Source of the DNA: Iphione sp. A-MEVVRFRX5
Taxonomy: Eukaryota
Length of the DNA stretch: 64,000 bases
Reading direction: 5' to 3'
Assembly (NCBI GenBank): GCA_976226885.1
Contig: OZ320313.1
Location: forward strand, 31,186,001 to 31,250,000
Positions 1 through 13,669 of this stretch are shown here, one piece after another (within the stretch, counting starts at the first letter, position 1; the number at the start of each line of letters is the position of its first letter). The notes beneath the pieces are model-generated. The model saw only the letters and a program-made list of their open reading frames with translations. It was not told the DNA's origin and searched no databases. Both the position numbers and the translations under genes were made by a program.

Positions 1-3000
1 TCCAAAACCTTAGCATTGACTGGATACAGCAGGTGTTTACCGCGTCTCGAGATGGCTACCCAACCCACGCCACCACGTCCCATCTAACCCAAAGGCCACC
101 ACCTCAGGTCGATCCTTCACTCTCAGGGTAAACGTGGGAAGTCCATGGGAAGTACATGTACATACACTCTCAGATGTGCTTAAGTACTATACTTGCCTGA
201 CATCTCAATGATATTACTTCTGTTGATAAAATATCATGAAGTATTAGTGCTATTAGCGCCTTTAAATTGACACGGCCAGAGATATGTATTAAGGAAATTA
301 ATTTTGTCAAAATTCTGTGCATTTTTATCTTTCGTTGGGACTGAAGTATTCGACTTGGTGGGGGAAAACGTTCTCACACAGTCTCCTAAAAATGCATTTT
401 GGCTGATATTTTGGTGTTTAATACATGCGTCATGGTTCGGTAGAATGTAAAGGTGGGTGTAGGACCCCCATCCATTTTAGCATGCTCGGTCTGTTCTATT
501 GTTATTCCCATCATGCCTAATCGTGTTTGCTTTATTGATTTGACTTTCCGTCCTTCATTCGGCTATTATCGTAGTAAAACAGGAATTATCGAGCGAATGG
601 GTTTTGAGGATGTGGAATCAAAACGTCTCATCTATATCCCTGCCTCTGGTCTGACAGATATCTTCAAGTCCGGCGTTTCCCATTCATTCTGGCCGTCTTG
701 GCCAGCTACCAGACAGAGGTAACCAACCTGAGACGCGTTCCTGACAAGGTCTACTGTTTGCCCCTGACACAAAGCCCAGCGTTCTTGTCTGTCTGGCTTG
801 CCCCGACATACCCTGCACACCACACCCCCCGACCCCGAGCCCCGGAGGCTCGTAAAGCCTGCCCGTGCAGAACACGGGAAGACATTCAGTCAAGAGGCCG
901 TACTACTGGCGTGCCGATGAAGTCTTCGGCAGTTAAATGTCGTCTGCTTCCGAAACAATCGAGAGGGAATCCGGGAATCGTTACATGGATTCAATATCTG
1001 GCGGTTATTTTCTTCCTTAATGAAGTTTTCGCACAACGTTTAATCTTGAAAATATCAGTTATTAATGTATTGAACCTGCTAAAACACACTGGAAGGATGA
1101 AGTAAAGCAGCCTATCACATTGCAGTCTGGAAACGTCTTTTGTTTGAAAGAACAAGAGAAAATAAACCGGGAGGATTAAAGCAGTTTTCACCGTAGATCG
1201 GCAGTTAAGATATTTCATTGTTAAAAATCCATTCTATCTGAGATAGAGTTACTTCAAGGCGGGAGGAATCGTATTAGCCAATTCTAGTTTAAATTGCGAG
1301 AGTTCAGAAAAACATCTCAGTTGCATGTATCATTATTTGCATTGCCTCGTGAGCTGCCGTGCCTTTCCTGAGTAGCTTAACCGTGTTTGGTTCAGTGGAA
1401 ACAATCAATTGGTCCAGTGGGTACGGTAGACGCGCCGTTGGTCCCCACAGATCAGGATAACTTTAATCATTACCTAAATGACAGCCCAGGCGCCTCGGGA
1501 GACCTAGATGTCAATCCTGTTACGGTCTCGAGATGCGCCCGTCAAATAATAAGTCAATAGTGACATTATTTGCCTGTCAATCATCCCTTTGCCGTTTACC
1601 GTCGCCCCTGCGATATCCCCACATCGCTGAAGCAATCTTCGTCTGTCTGCTTCTGCCCGTCTCTCTGTCTCTGTGTATCTATATCTATCTCTATTTCTCC
1701 ATCTTTCCTTCTCTCTCGCGTTTTCTCACGAACTCAGTCTCTGTCTCCTCCTTATTCGCTTAATCTTCCATGGTCCGCGTACTTGGCTCAGGTGCACAGT
1801 AATAAAGTAATTCCATGGAATGATGGTACATGTAGCACTGATCAAGAGATATACCAGGCTTTGGGTGAATATATGAATGCGTAATTTTTAGATGAGGATC
1901 CATATACAGAAGTTGGAGCATTAGGGGCATTTTACAGGTAACCCTTGTTAACGTGAATGCATGCATTTCAAGATTGCATAACAACCCATATCTAGACTTT
2001 CTATTTGCACATGCATAAATGGGTTACATAAATGGATATGTTTGCATTTCCCCGATCAGTTCAGGATGGGTTGTCATACAATGGATGTTATACCACAGAT
2101 CCACAGATTTCTATAATAAAAGTTAACAATGTGGTATTGTGTTATGCATCTCTATCGGGGAATCACAGACAACACACCATTTAAAGTACAACGGATACAT
2201 GTAAAACGTGCTTGTGACACACGTTCAGTTGACTGAGTTGCAGTGGCATTTGTAGGTATCACGGCTGAGTATCTGCTTCCTATGACGTCCTGCTCTCTGT
2301 GACTATTAGGATCTATTTTTGTTCATCGTGAGCGAATTAAGAGCAAAGGAGAGAGAATCACAACTCGATGAGAAGTTAATTGCCACGACCAGACATTAAA
2401 GGTTTTTGCGTATGAAGTTACTCGTAGTGTTAGTAAGAGGAGATTGGCCTGCAGTACTCCTCAATAGTAATAGTAGTAGGATGGCATATTCGCTCCTCTA
2501 TACATGTAGATGCCTTTTAGCAAGAGACCTGACCTATCGCTGCATCAGTCCCACTCCGATATGTATCAGTAATGGCCGCAGCGTTTGATTATAGTGTTTG
2601 TCCCTACAAAGATGAATGAGATCAGGAGTTCGTCCTGGTAATTCTGTAGAGAGAAACACATTACATTCCGCTGGCATTGCACTTTTATCCTCAAATGAAC
2701 ATGGCCTTAAAATTGACTTCGTCGTTGAGAACAAATGCAGTGGTTTTAGACACAGTACTGCTCTAAGTCATACTCGATCGCCTGTCTAGCAGTTATATCG
2801 TGCTAAAACGACTTCCTTGTCTCTTGACTATTCACTACTTATCTTGTCTTTCTTGCTCTAAGCCTCGCCTGCTATAGCACCGTGCCAGCGAAGATAGCTA
2901 CCTGTCTGCCCCGTCATACAATACGCCAACCCGTGCGTCCTTGCGCCCGTCCCAAGAGACCCTTCTAATGGGAGGCTTCAGTTAATAATGGCAGATCTCA

Positions 3001-6000
3001 CTGTAGACAACGAGGTGAGGGGTTTTCCACGTCAGAAATACGACAGTTATTCAGTTGCTGGTGTATCCAGTCTGTAATTTTGTTTCCTGCGATCTGTGTC
3101 AGGTTTCAGTACAGAACAGTGGATGACAATGCAGACATTTGAAGCACGGCACTATGGACCTTATTTGCGATGAACATTTTCATTGTTTTATTCAATACTA
3201 AGATGCACATATGAAATGTGACATTTCTTCGTTGTATACACAGTCATCTACCTTGTCTTACGACCTGATAACTAGGGATGTTGAATATCGGGGCCAGTGT
3301 AAGGATCAAAAGAAAATAAACAGGTTGAATACGGGGTACGTGTCCTATGAACATGTTTTGTTACAGTTTTCCTTTACGGCGATTGTCGTGAAATGAAGAT
3401 GATCTTGCCAATGTATGTCCATTTTAGACTATATGTATACGATCGGGTGTTGTCTCTTAAGTTAAAATTGAGAATAAACTATTCGATCATAATTTAGGTT
3501 TTAAAGGAACGGTAAAGGTATAGAAAGCAAACATTGCCCAATAGACCTGTCAGTGAGTGCCCACAATTAGCGATGTTTGTTCAATAGCGTTAATGACTCA
3601 TAAAATATCCGCAGGTAATTCTGTGAACCGCCGTATGGCATCCATTGACATGCAGTCGCTTAATTCCACTGTTTAGTGGACAATCACATTCCTCTGGATA
3701 TGGTTATGGGCCCGCGCGTGTTTACCAAGCATCAAATGATATCGATGCCAATGATTCCAACACAATAGTGGATTGTTTGCCTCTGACAAGCACGGCCAGA
3801 TCCTGCTGCCCGGCAAGGCTTGGCGGATCGACTCGGGTTCCACGGTACCACTTAGCCATTCGATGAGAGTCTGCTTTTGAGCAAGAAACAGCTTTTTTTA
3901 AAGCCTTGAATAATTAATTCTAACATAGAGAATTTTCAGTATAACAGCTGGAAGGCCAGAAACATTAGCTCCAGAAAACATTCACAGAACTCAGTGTTGA
4001 ATTATGTGTATGCATGTATATATTTGGAGGTGAACATTCTATGCGTGCAAAATGTATGTACAAGTATCATAGTCTTGAAAATCAGACCACAATAAGGCAA
4101 GTTGTAGTCTATGTAGGGGAATGAGTCACTGACCCTTGCATATGATCATACTTGTCACAAACGTATGGTCAGCCGCTGAGAGACGTCTCCATACAGCTCT
4201 GTATGGTGAGTCATTTCCCTCCAGTGGGACCTAATTCAACGCGGTCACATCAAGCGCACACCTCCATACAAAGCTGGGCATTCCTCCTGCACCAGCAGGT
4301 CCATTGTCCGTCGCCGGGGGCTTTGGGTGTTTGCTTTATACCAGGGTGATTACCTATCAAACCAGCATGCCCACCTGCTCCGCCAACACGTGGGCCTTTA
4401 AGATCATTCGCCAATAATCCCACGGGCCCTGCTTAAGACGCTTGTCCGAAGGGCTTAACGTTCGGCCGATTTAGACGTGTTGACTGCAGTTTCGGTATTG
4501 AAAGTAAGCATCCCGTTTTATTTTGAGTCAACAACAGGCGTTAGCAGACTTTTCTGTCTCATTTTTTGTTTACGCATGTGCAGTGCATTGGGTTTGCCAT
4601 AGACTGACATAGTAACAGGTGGACAGATTCTTTTTACTTGCAAGTTATGCGCAGTTTTAATTGGACTTCCGCCACAATATAACAGGTGGTCTTCCTCGTG
4701 TATACACGCTGCCCTATGAAGGCGGAGGATATAGTGGCATATATATAGACTAGACATGAATTGGAATTGGTACAGAACTGATTCAAGCCACGGGCATATA
4801 ATTGTCGTCGTTGTCCTGGTCTTAGTAGACATTTGTTTGGCTCCTTCATGAATGTGATTTGAAATATTCATCGCTGTAGTAGAGGCAGGTCTGTGTAGGC
4901 GTGGAAAACCTTCAACTGATACGAAGAAAACTGAAGGTGAACCACGTTTTACTGATATGTGTTGTAAATCTAATTGCCGAGGATGTAAGCTCATATAGAG
5001 AACGTTATTTCATCCTCATTTAAACCTGAGCCTATATCAGCATTGACTGCAATTATTGAGCCAGCAAAAAGCATTCTGATCTCAACACCTCGCGGCCGCG
5101 TATTGATTTCAATTTTAATTACCACAGGGGGCCATTAGACTCTCTACAGTGGAAGGTAAATATAGTTGCGTTAAAGCACCAGACGGCTGGAAGCTTCATT
5201 TTACCAGCAGAAAATGGAGGAAGAAGACACCGTCACTGCGATCTAATTAAATTGAGGAGACGTTCGAAGACGCGTTGGAGACCGGTACATGTTCACTCTA
5301 ACAAGATCTCCCTGTCACTGGTGGATAACGCTGTTTTAAAGCCGCTCAGTTCAAAGCTATATTTTTTCCCAGCTTTCATTCTAAAGTGCTGTACAGTTAT
5401 CTGAAACAGTAGGTATTCAAATAATCTACTTAAATGAGACCTGAGTTTAATTGTTTCGAGGGAGATAAAAGTCGGTAGTTTAAAATTTGTTGAAACTTTG
5501 TGACAGTTGTAGATTCAATACCTCCCGGTTACATTTACAAACGACACTGAATTCAATCTCGTAGTGATACGGTTTGCGTCAGACTAATGCATCGTGTGCA
5601 TAGGCCCAATAGGTGGGATTCAGGCATTCTGTGAGAAATCATCTCACATGTCAGTTTGATTGCAACGCGTTCCGGATTTTTGTTCGCAATGTTTTGTCCC
5701 GAGTTGACGACCACAACATTTGATAAACTCCACACGAGGTGTAGTCGGCAAAGCTTCAATGCTTATCGGATAGCCTTGTCTAGATGTGTGACAGAATCAA
5801 AACCAGCACAGTCAGTGGTTGTGAAAGGATCCCAAAACAGTGGAGCTCGATTCACATAACGCATGCGCTGTCATGCCCTTACAGGCATGCATTAGCGCCC
5901 CTGGTGGAACAAGCCTACATCAACTCTACCCGATTCGTTTTACAACGGAACGGGCCCTGTTTTTAAATGGGTATACTATGGGTTAGCCAAGGCTAGCCGA

Positions 6001-6747
6001 CTAATTTAATGTGTGGAAAACCATGTTCTATTTACCGCTTGGACACGTATGGCAGACTGCGGCCGGAAAGTTATTTGAAACTCAAGCGACTACTACCGCT
6101 GTCAAGAGCAGTAGGTGGAATGTTTAATTAATACGACTTTGTGCAAATATATTGGGCTATACAGTAAAAGCGACGTCTAACTGACAAATTACTGTACTCT
6201 GTAGAGTATTGCAGATAATCGAAGCAGACAACAGGGATAACATCAAGGTCATTCAAATCACATAAACATGTTTATGCTTGCGGGTGTAACCATGTTTTCA
6301 GATACGAATGTCTGGTTGATTATAGTAGGAAATACATTATTTCTTAATTTTATTACTCGGACCATTCGTTTCGTTTAAAGTAGCCAGTTGTCGGAGTGTT
6401 CAGGCATATTGACAAATGCTTATTGCCAAATTTAAGCAATACCAAGCCGTGGCTGGTCCCTACTGTTTGCTAGCAGGTTCCCTTGCAGACACCCACCTCC
6501 TACTCCTCCTCCATCTGTCGCCCCCCTCCCTCCCCCCCCGACTTCCGCTATTGGTTCTCCTGCCGCGACCTCTTTCTCTCGCTTCTTCACTCCCTCAATG
6601 TTTCTTGCTCTTCATCCTCTCCCCATCAGTCGTCTTTCTTCCCCCTCCCCTCTGTCGCTCTTGCCATGCGCGAAAAATAATAATAATAAAACCCCTCCCG
6701 GCGATCAGTCACCAACACGTGACCCGTGTGGCACGCAGTGGCCATTG

Positions 6748-6780
6748 ACTTCCGGTTGGCTGCGGGAAGCCACTTCCGGT
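6748..6780. promoter_or_regulatory. Tandem ETS/GABP-type sites (ACTTCCGGT x2), candidate promoter
   Basis: Identical 9-mers at 6748-6756 and 6772-6780, downstream of a C/T-rich tract. Confidence 0.4.
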
Positions 6781-8501
6781 CGGTCTCCCAGGTGCCAGGG
6801 ATTCCATTTGGTGTTTGGCTTCCGTTGGCTGTTAAGTCAGTGACCTGGTCAGTGCTGTGTGAGGGTTGGTGACAACAATCCCATTTGGGGCGATTGGAAT
6901 TCGACTCTTTTAGGCGCACAGCTTGGTATCGCTCGTCCAGCAGGCTAACTGAGTGAAAGGTTCAAATTTGACTGGATTGGGTAATTAGACGCATCTGCTT
7001 CGTAATACTCTCGAATGTTGCCGCGGTGAAAATATCTCTGCACTCCTTGGATTTATTGTCTAAATGAAGTGTTGTTTGGTCGTTTCCAAGGAGCTTCGAC
7101 GCAGTGGTCTTAAAACGATGCAAGTGTATGGCCTTACTTGATTGCCAAACGCTTATCATATCGTCGGTTGCATGCATGTGCTTAATAATGATTTGATATG
7201 ACATTCAGATTATTTTAAGGGCCTTGAGGTTGACACTGCGTGTTTTGGTCAGTGTTGTTGTTCACTTTCTCTATTACAGATATTTTAGATCAAGTACACT
7301 GTGAATATAGGAAGCTTGTTTAAAATCATTACAAGCCGTCCTTAGATGCCGTTTGAACTTGATAGGCTTTCCTTGTAACTGACCGAAAACCAGGAGCTTA
7401 CTTGCAGGAAAATTGCCTCAGTCCCGTTATGTTGATCCTTTGGCTTGATACGGTTTAAAGGGTCCAGGTCCTCCTGCCAGCTCCCCACAACAGGTATTGC
7501 AATATAACTGCTCGATTTAACCCTGTGGCAAATGGCGCCATCCAGGACACAACCAGCATGAAAAACGTATTTCAAGAGCTAGTTGTCAGAAGGATAACAG
7601 TCGATATATTGATTATGAAGTGGATTAGACGACCATTTTACTAATACCTACATGTAATTGAAAAATGTCAGAATTAAAAGTGCGAAAAGATAAATTCGTT
7701 GGTACCGAAGAAGTAACTGTTCCGTTGTGATTCAAACAACCGCGATAAGAAACCTTTGTCTCGTGTATCTTCTAAAATGCAACAGGAAATATCAGATCGA
7801 CGAAAGAAGTACATTTATTTGCAAATACAAGCACCCTTGGACAACTCCTACAAAGTTACGTCCCCATTGGATTTGTTTCTCTTAAACGAGACTGGCCACA
7901 CCGTGCAGTTGACTTGTCTCACGGTGGAACTGAGGCGGACATATCACAATATTTCTTTATATTTAGACGGCTCTCTCGAATCTCAGACCACCAAGAAGTT
8001 GAATGGTAACGAAAGGTCATCGGAACCCCGAGGTATTACTGCTTGCTTTGTGTGTCGAGTTCAGTGACAAAATACAACAATTAAAAGGCTCATTATGGAG
8101 TACCATATTATTCGAGACGTTTCTTATGTCTAGCATATATTTGACATTGTCCAAGGTTTATCTTCTGTGGTAAATTCTGATGGCTGGAATTTAACAAGGT
8201 GCATCAGATGATGAGTCGTCCTCCTTCCATTTAAAATTATTGGATGTGCAGATGGAAAGATGGAAACGTGTACACATATTCTTCCGCACTAAATACGATT
8301 TATTTGGGAACTACCTAATGTCAGGTGAAGTAGCCCAGATAAAGCTTGGTCTAAAACGGTCTGTTTGCACGAGTATTCACCACTTAATTCTTGCATCACG
8401 TGACGTGCATATCTTTACTCTCAGACTAACGTCACCCTCTCCCTACCCACCCACAGCTGCTAAACAAAACAGCACCCACTCCACCCCACCCCCAGCAAGC
8501 T

Positions 8502-8526
8502 ACACACACACACACACACACACACA
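8502..8526 (+). repeat. (AC)n microsatellite
   Basis: Direct reading. Confidence 0.95.
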
Positions 8527-11500
8527 AGAGACGTCAGAATGGGTAAAGCCACATCAGCGGCGTTGGAAATAGGGTCATTCGAAGCTTCCCTCTTCCCCAA
8601 GGTAGATTTAAGCTGCAGTTGCTACTTTCCGCTTCACTACACCCTGGCCACGCACCACTGAGCTGAAACTAGAGATATCGACTCTTTTGCGGTAACAATT
8701 CGTGCTCAGCGGAGACTTGAAGGTATTAAAATGGTTCGAGAAAGCATTATAATTTCACGTCATGAAACAGGGTCACCTTGACCAGTCTGTTGTTTGTACC
8801 ATGTGCAAGTCAGGATGAAATTAAAGAATTTAAAACTGTTTAAAACAGAATTCATTCTACCCAATGAGTATATGGTACTGCAAAACAAGTATGAAAACTG
8901 TGCTAGACCGCTTTAAGACGACAAGAATTCCTCTCTTTGAACAAGAAACCAAGTGTACCAGTGATTTTGTGTACTTAGTTTTAACGTTAGATTGGCATGT
9001 TCTTGCATGCTATGCTATGTTCAATGGTATTTAGTTGTTGAGGTAGAAGCTGCAAAATGAATTCACGTGGTCCTAGCAATGCATCACTTGGATTCGGCTC
9101 AGCCCTGAGTGTTTTCAAAGATTTCTCCCCAACTGTTTTTCCCCGACTCGGTTCATTCAGCAGCTTTGGTGTATCGTGCTCAAACAATAGACGTAGAGCT
9201 AGAAGTGGAGTACGTGCATTAACGATAGACGTGAAAACATCTGCTTCTTCACAAGGCAGTCGGTGGACATCAAATGTGTTTTAAGGGAGACTGTGGTTGG
9301 CAATAGAGCACTTGGAATATCATTGTCCTAGCCCAATATGACTTTTAAGCGGAGCCATTAACTGCTTAGCAAAAACTTTGTCATGAATGGTGATAAATAT
9401 ATCTATGTGTGTGTATGTTGTGTCACATTACTAATTCTTAAAATACAGTGGTTTTACATGTCTGGTGGAAGCCAGATTTCAGTGCATTGACCGCCGCCTA
9501 TCTTTCCACTCCAGGAATGCCTCGGTCTTTCTGACCATCTGATTTAGACTGCTCCAGTCCTCTGCTTAAAAATAACTTCTCAGATCACTGAAACTGGCAA
9601 CTCCCCCCTGAGACTTCCCATTATCGCCTTTGTAAATGTAAATGTCAATGTAAAGTCGTAAATCACTCAGGTATATTATACACATAATTTGGAACTGAAA
9701 CAGCATCAGTCTTGTTCACTCCGAGTTGGGTGAGCTGCTCAATATGGCTCCGTTCATGCACCCTCTCCAGTGAACAAGGTACTCGTCGCACCAATAATAT
9801 CTCCACCTGCTGTCTTCCTAGTGTCCTTTATGCCACAAACAGTTCTACCTCTTCAAGATGGTATACATCTTAGCTATAGTTCTATAAATTGGCTTTGCAC
9901 AATCTGAGCTGTCTCATTGCATCTTATGATTTTGGCAAATGTCTTGCTCTTCTGAAGCAATTCCCCTCTGACAGAAGAGGCTTAGAGGTCATCTTGAATA
10001 GGGAGATTGGGGATTGGAGTGAGGATAAGAAGCGAGGATATGAGTCTGAAAGTGTTGACACGGCCCTGATCAGCAGGGTGTATGAGTGAATGCGTGCGAG
10101 GTAGGATGGAAAGACGGGGCTCTAGAGAGGCTAGTAGACAGAACAACGGACAAAGCTGCACGATGGAGAGGTACCAAGAGAGAAAGGGATGGAGGAAGGA
10201 TGTTACAAGTGTGGAGAGTAAATATCCTACATCGAGAGGGATTTATACCGTATTTACAGTTTTTTCCTAAAAAGGCTTTGACATATTTGCGTGGCACCAG
10301 AGCGTTCTCCACCCTCTCCCGATTACCTTGACACCTCTGGCTATTCACTGCTCGCGCTCATGTTTTATGTATGAACGTGCGGGAGGCAGTGGCTTCTTTG
10401 CTTTGAGACCAGCTTCGGATGGTGGCTTCTTTCCTCAGGCCCGCCCTCAGTGCCAGTCGCAGCCACCCACTTCATCCCATACAGCCTATGCATCTCACCT
10501 CACCCGTTGCTCGTTGGCCCTCGTCATTCGTCCCCCTCTTCTCACCACGTCAGCCTACCCAACTGACTTAAACTCCCACCCCACCCTCATATTACGCCAT
10601 CCATTACCTTCACGATGGGTCCCAGGGCTTGCTGGGGTCATTACTCAACGGTTTCACCAGCCTCCTGACAACTCATGTTGATAACGGTCCGTGCAACGCG
10701 CGGTCCGGCGGGGAGCTCTTACTTGCAGAATTGCTTGAGAGGTAGACACATATGCCTCCATCTCATTGTGGCTGCGGGACAATGCAATGTAGAGTCGTGC
10801 GTGTAGTAGTGGTCCTCGCGACCTAATGCACTTATCATTTTTCTCTGTTTCAAATCATCCAGGAGAAGAAAATGTAGCCTTTTGCTTGAATATCTTACAT
10901 CTGTTTCCTTCGGCCGATGATAATTTTAGCAGTAAGGAACCATTTCGTTTAGTGAAAATATGACAAGGAACGACGCTCTCAGGAGTCAGCTAAATGTGGC
11001 GAACATGAACTTGGACGATGCTCCAACTCACTGTTTTTACCGGTTTTGTTGCATAGCATGTCCCGTTAGTGAGAGATGTTCTCCGTTACCTGAATGTAAA
11101 TTATCTATTAACGATTAGTGTGTTTTAATTTGGCTCTACAGAATAAGGATAATTGTATCGCCGAAATTGCAAATCTTTCTGGAATAATCCATGTTTTGCC
11201 GCTCTTTATGGGCGATCACAATACAATGTATTTGTATTGTCTATTGATGATTGGTGTTGGTTTAATTTGTTTCTTCTGAATAAGGATGATTTTATCCGCT
11301 GAAATTGCAGTTTTTCTGGAGTAATCCATTGACAGGAAAGGGCAACAGCAATGATTTTTTTGTTTGTTTAGCCAATCTTAGTGTGTGATCGTCGCCAATG
11401 TATTTGTATTATTTAAATCTACACCGCGGGGATATTGGCCTTTGGCTGTACATGCAACGTTCTCTTGGTGTTATGACCCTAGACCTGCCTTTATAATTAG

Positions 11501-12744
11501 AGGCCTTCGCCCTTCCAGGCTGGAGCTTCTCCTGTGGCTATTAATGATTGTTGTAAGTGAGGCGAGCAGCTCGGTCTGCTGAGCACTGCTGACAGCACCT
11601 CCAGATCACGTCTCTGACAAAGCATCCGTCATTTCATATTAACAGCTTTTCTATGGGGGTTCTTGGTGCTGGCCGGGTTCATTGGCCATAATCTCCGGTC
11701 CTGCTATCTTTTGCCAGCCACCCGAGTGTTTTTGGAGCATATTGCAGGAATAAAACAGCAGCGAGGACATGGTTTTAAAAGAAACGTTCCCATTATCAAT
11801 GACAACGGACCGCCGCTCTAATAATTTCTTTAGTCTATAGAATGTCCTGAGATAAAAAGAAAAATGCAAGAAAGGGGGTGGGGGAGAGAAAATTTGCCAG
11901 GGAAGGGCCACAAAAGGTAATGGATGACAACGGAAACCCCCTCGTGGCTTGCCAATTATTGGGTGTTTCTTTGGTGAGGTGGAAGGGGAGGCCTTTGGTA
12001 GGATCCCGGTCGATATTGTCCACCGGAGGATCCTGCGCCTCCTTAACCCCCGGTGACAAATCGCTGCGCCAATGAAAATAGTCCGCGGTCGATCTACCCT
12101 GTATAAGCAGAGGGTCACTACCCATTTGACCCAGTTGGTTGATAAATGAAAACAGCTTTCAGTCCGATCATGCGTTACGCGCCAATACAAACTCCAAGCA
12201 GAAAGGAAAACCGCAGTATATCTGTAACAGTGCGCCAGTGCACATAGAATTGCTAAGTTCAAATAGATGTCCTCAGCATTGAATGGGAAGCCCTATGTAG
12301 GCGGTACGTGTGAGCCTTTCTTCTGTCGTGACCTATACATATCATGGGTGGTCCAGTCTTGCCAAGGCCAGGAAAAGCCAATCAGCCAGTTAGAACTGGC
12401 ACCAAATCTCGATCGGGGATATTGCTTATGCCTTTGCTCTATTTTTCTACGCCGCTAAAGCCCTTGGTGATTCTCACACTCCACAAAGCGCCAAGTCGTA
12501 TAGTTATTATTAGTGCAGCTGTGGCCGATTTGGCTGATTGAATTACATGCTGCGATTGTTTCGCATGTGCTTTGCGCCTTGATTTCATGCCCTGCCGCTT
12601 GAGGGAGGCGCTCAGGCTTGCGGAACGAATACTCCGGTCCATATGTTACAAACTGGTGTAGGAATAACACAACGCACGTGCTGACACCCATAGAAGGACA
12701 GATACTGTACACGTAATACATTCGTGCTCCGGTTATCCATAAAA

Positions 12745-12747
12745 CTC

Positions 12748-12825
<78 letters not shown>
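12745..12825 (+). repeat. Compound (CTGT)n-(CT)n microsatellite
   Basis: Direct reading. Confidence 0.95.
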
Positions 12826-12827
<2 letters not shown>

Positions 12828-13025
12828 GCACAGTAGAGAGAAAAAAGAGAGGCAGTGAGAGATTTCTTACTTCATCGGTTGCTGACTCACCCAAGGAAAA
12901 TATATCACGTCATAAATCTCAGCGACTATTGCCATCCAAACCTGGCCCGCCCATTTTTATCTCATCCCCTCGTGCATTGCACGCATCTGCCTCACTGAGT
13001 AGAAAATATTCAAACTCAAGTCTTA

Positions 13026-13306
13026 GGCGCTGTTCACATGCATCTGGATTTTCCGTTTGCGTTTGCACATGGATGCGGCTTTTCTCCCAGACTTCTGTCA
13101 CCATTGTACCCATTCACATATGTGCAGATTTTTCTATGTCTGCACACAGGGGTGGACTTCTATCCAAAAATCATAGAAAAATCCGGACCCGGGCACACGC
13201 ATCTGCAGACCATAATGGAATTACCTAAGACCATGCTCTGTAGGGGGCTTTCTTCGGATCCGCATGCGGGGACATAATTTTTATCAGGATGCATGTGAAC
13301 AGCGCC
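13026..13306. mobile_element. MITE, PIF/Harbinger (Tourist)-like, 281 bp
   Basis: Perfect 19-bp TIRs GGCGCTGTTCACATGCATC (13026-13044 and 13288-13306), flanked by TTA and TAA. No coding capacity. Confidence 0.8.
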
Positions 13307-13641
13307 TAAGCGGCAGTATGCTCCCATTTCCTCCATCAACACCCCACGATCCCAACCCCCAGCTACTCCGTCACTACCTGAAAAGAGCGATATTTGATTA
13401 CACGGGGAATCGTTGACATGTATGTCACTGTGCCTGCCATTGTTCTCGAGAGCTCTTATTAAGGACCATTGTCTCCGTTCTAGCGGTATGTTTGTATCAT
13501 CTCCACGTTGATATATTGTTGAACAGGAAGGGCTCGCCGTGTCTCTCTATGCAGCTGTCATTTCCAAAGAGATGTTTTTTTTTGTTTTTTTGCTTTATAT
13601 AATGGATGATTATAAATTGTACATTTCTCTTCGTCCACTAA

Positions 13642-13669
13642 ATGAATTTCCTTCTCTTTGCAGGTAAGT
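13642..13669 (+). other. Strong 3' splice site directly followed by a perfect 5' splice site (candidate recursive splice site, or end of a tiny exon)
   Basis: ccactaaatgaatttccttctctttgCAG|GTAAGT: branch-like ctaaat, polypyrimidine tract, CAG at 13661-13663, GTAAGT at 13664-13669. Confidence 0.45.

Noticed and set aside
4518-4994. 158-aa ORF on the - strand
   Set aside because: No recognisable domain or exon boundaries.
5894-5907. CTCF-like gcgcccctggtgg
   Set aside because: One base short in the G-run, so it is out of register with the consensus.
7346-7378. ATG-MPF start resembling the NHS/GUKh N-terminus
   Set aside because: It stops after 10 codons (MPFELDRLSL*).
8870-9350. Faint resemblance to a decayed retroelement RT region (e.g. 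ALVYRAQTID)
   Set aside because: Multiple stops and too little similarity to call by eye; needs a tblastn or HMM search.
9711-9778. Pre-miRNA-sized hairpin with a 10-bp perfect base stem
   Set aside because: No match to miRNAs I recall, the upper stem is poor, and a few such inverted repeats are expected by chance in 64 kb.
11651-12262. 203-aa ORF on the - strand
   Set aside because: No homology, atypical composition and no convincing splice context.
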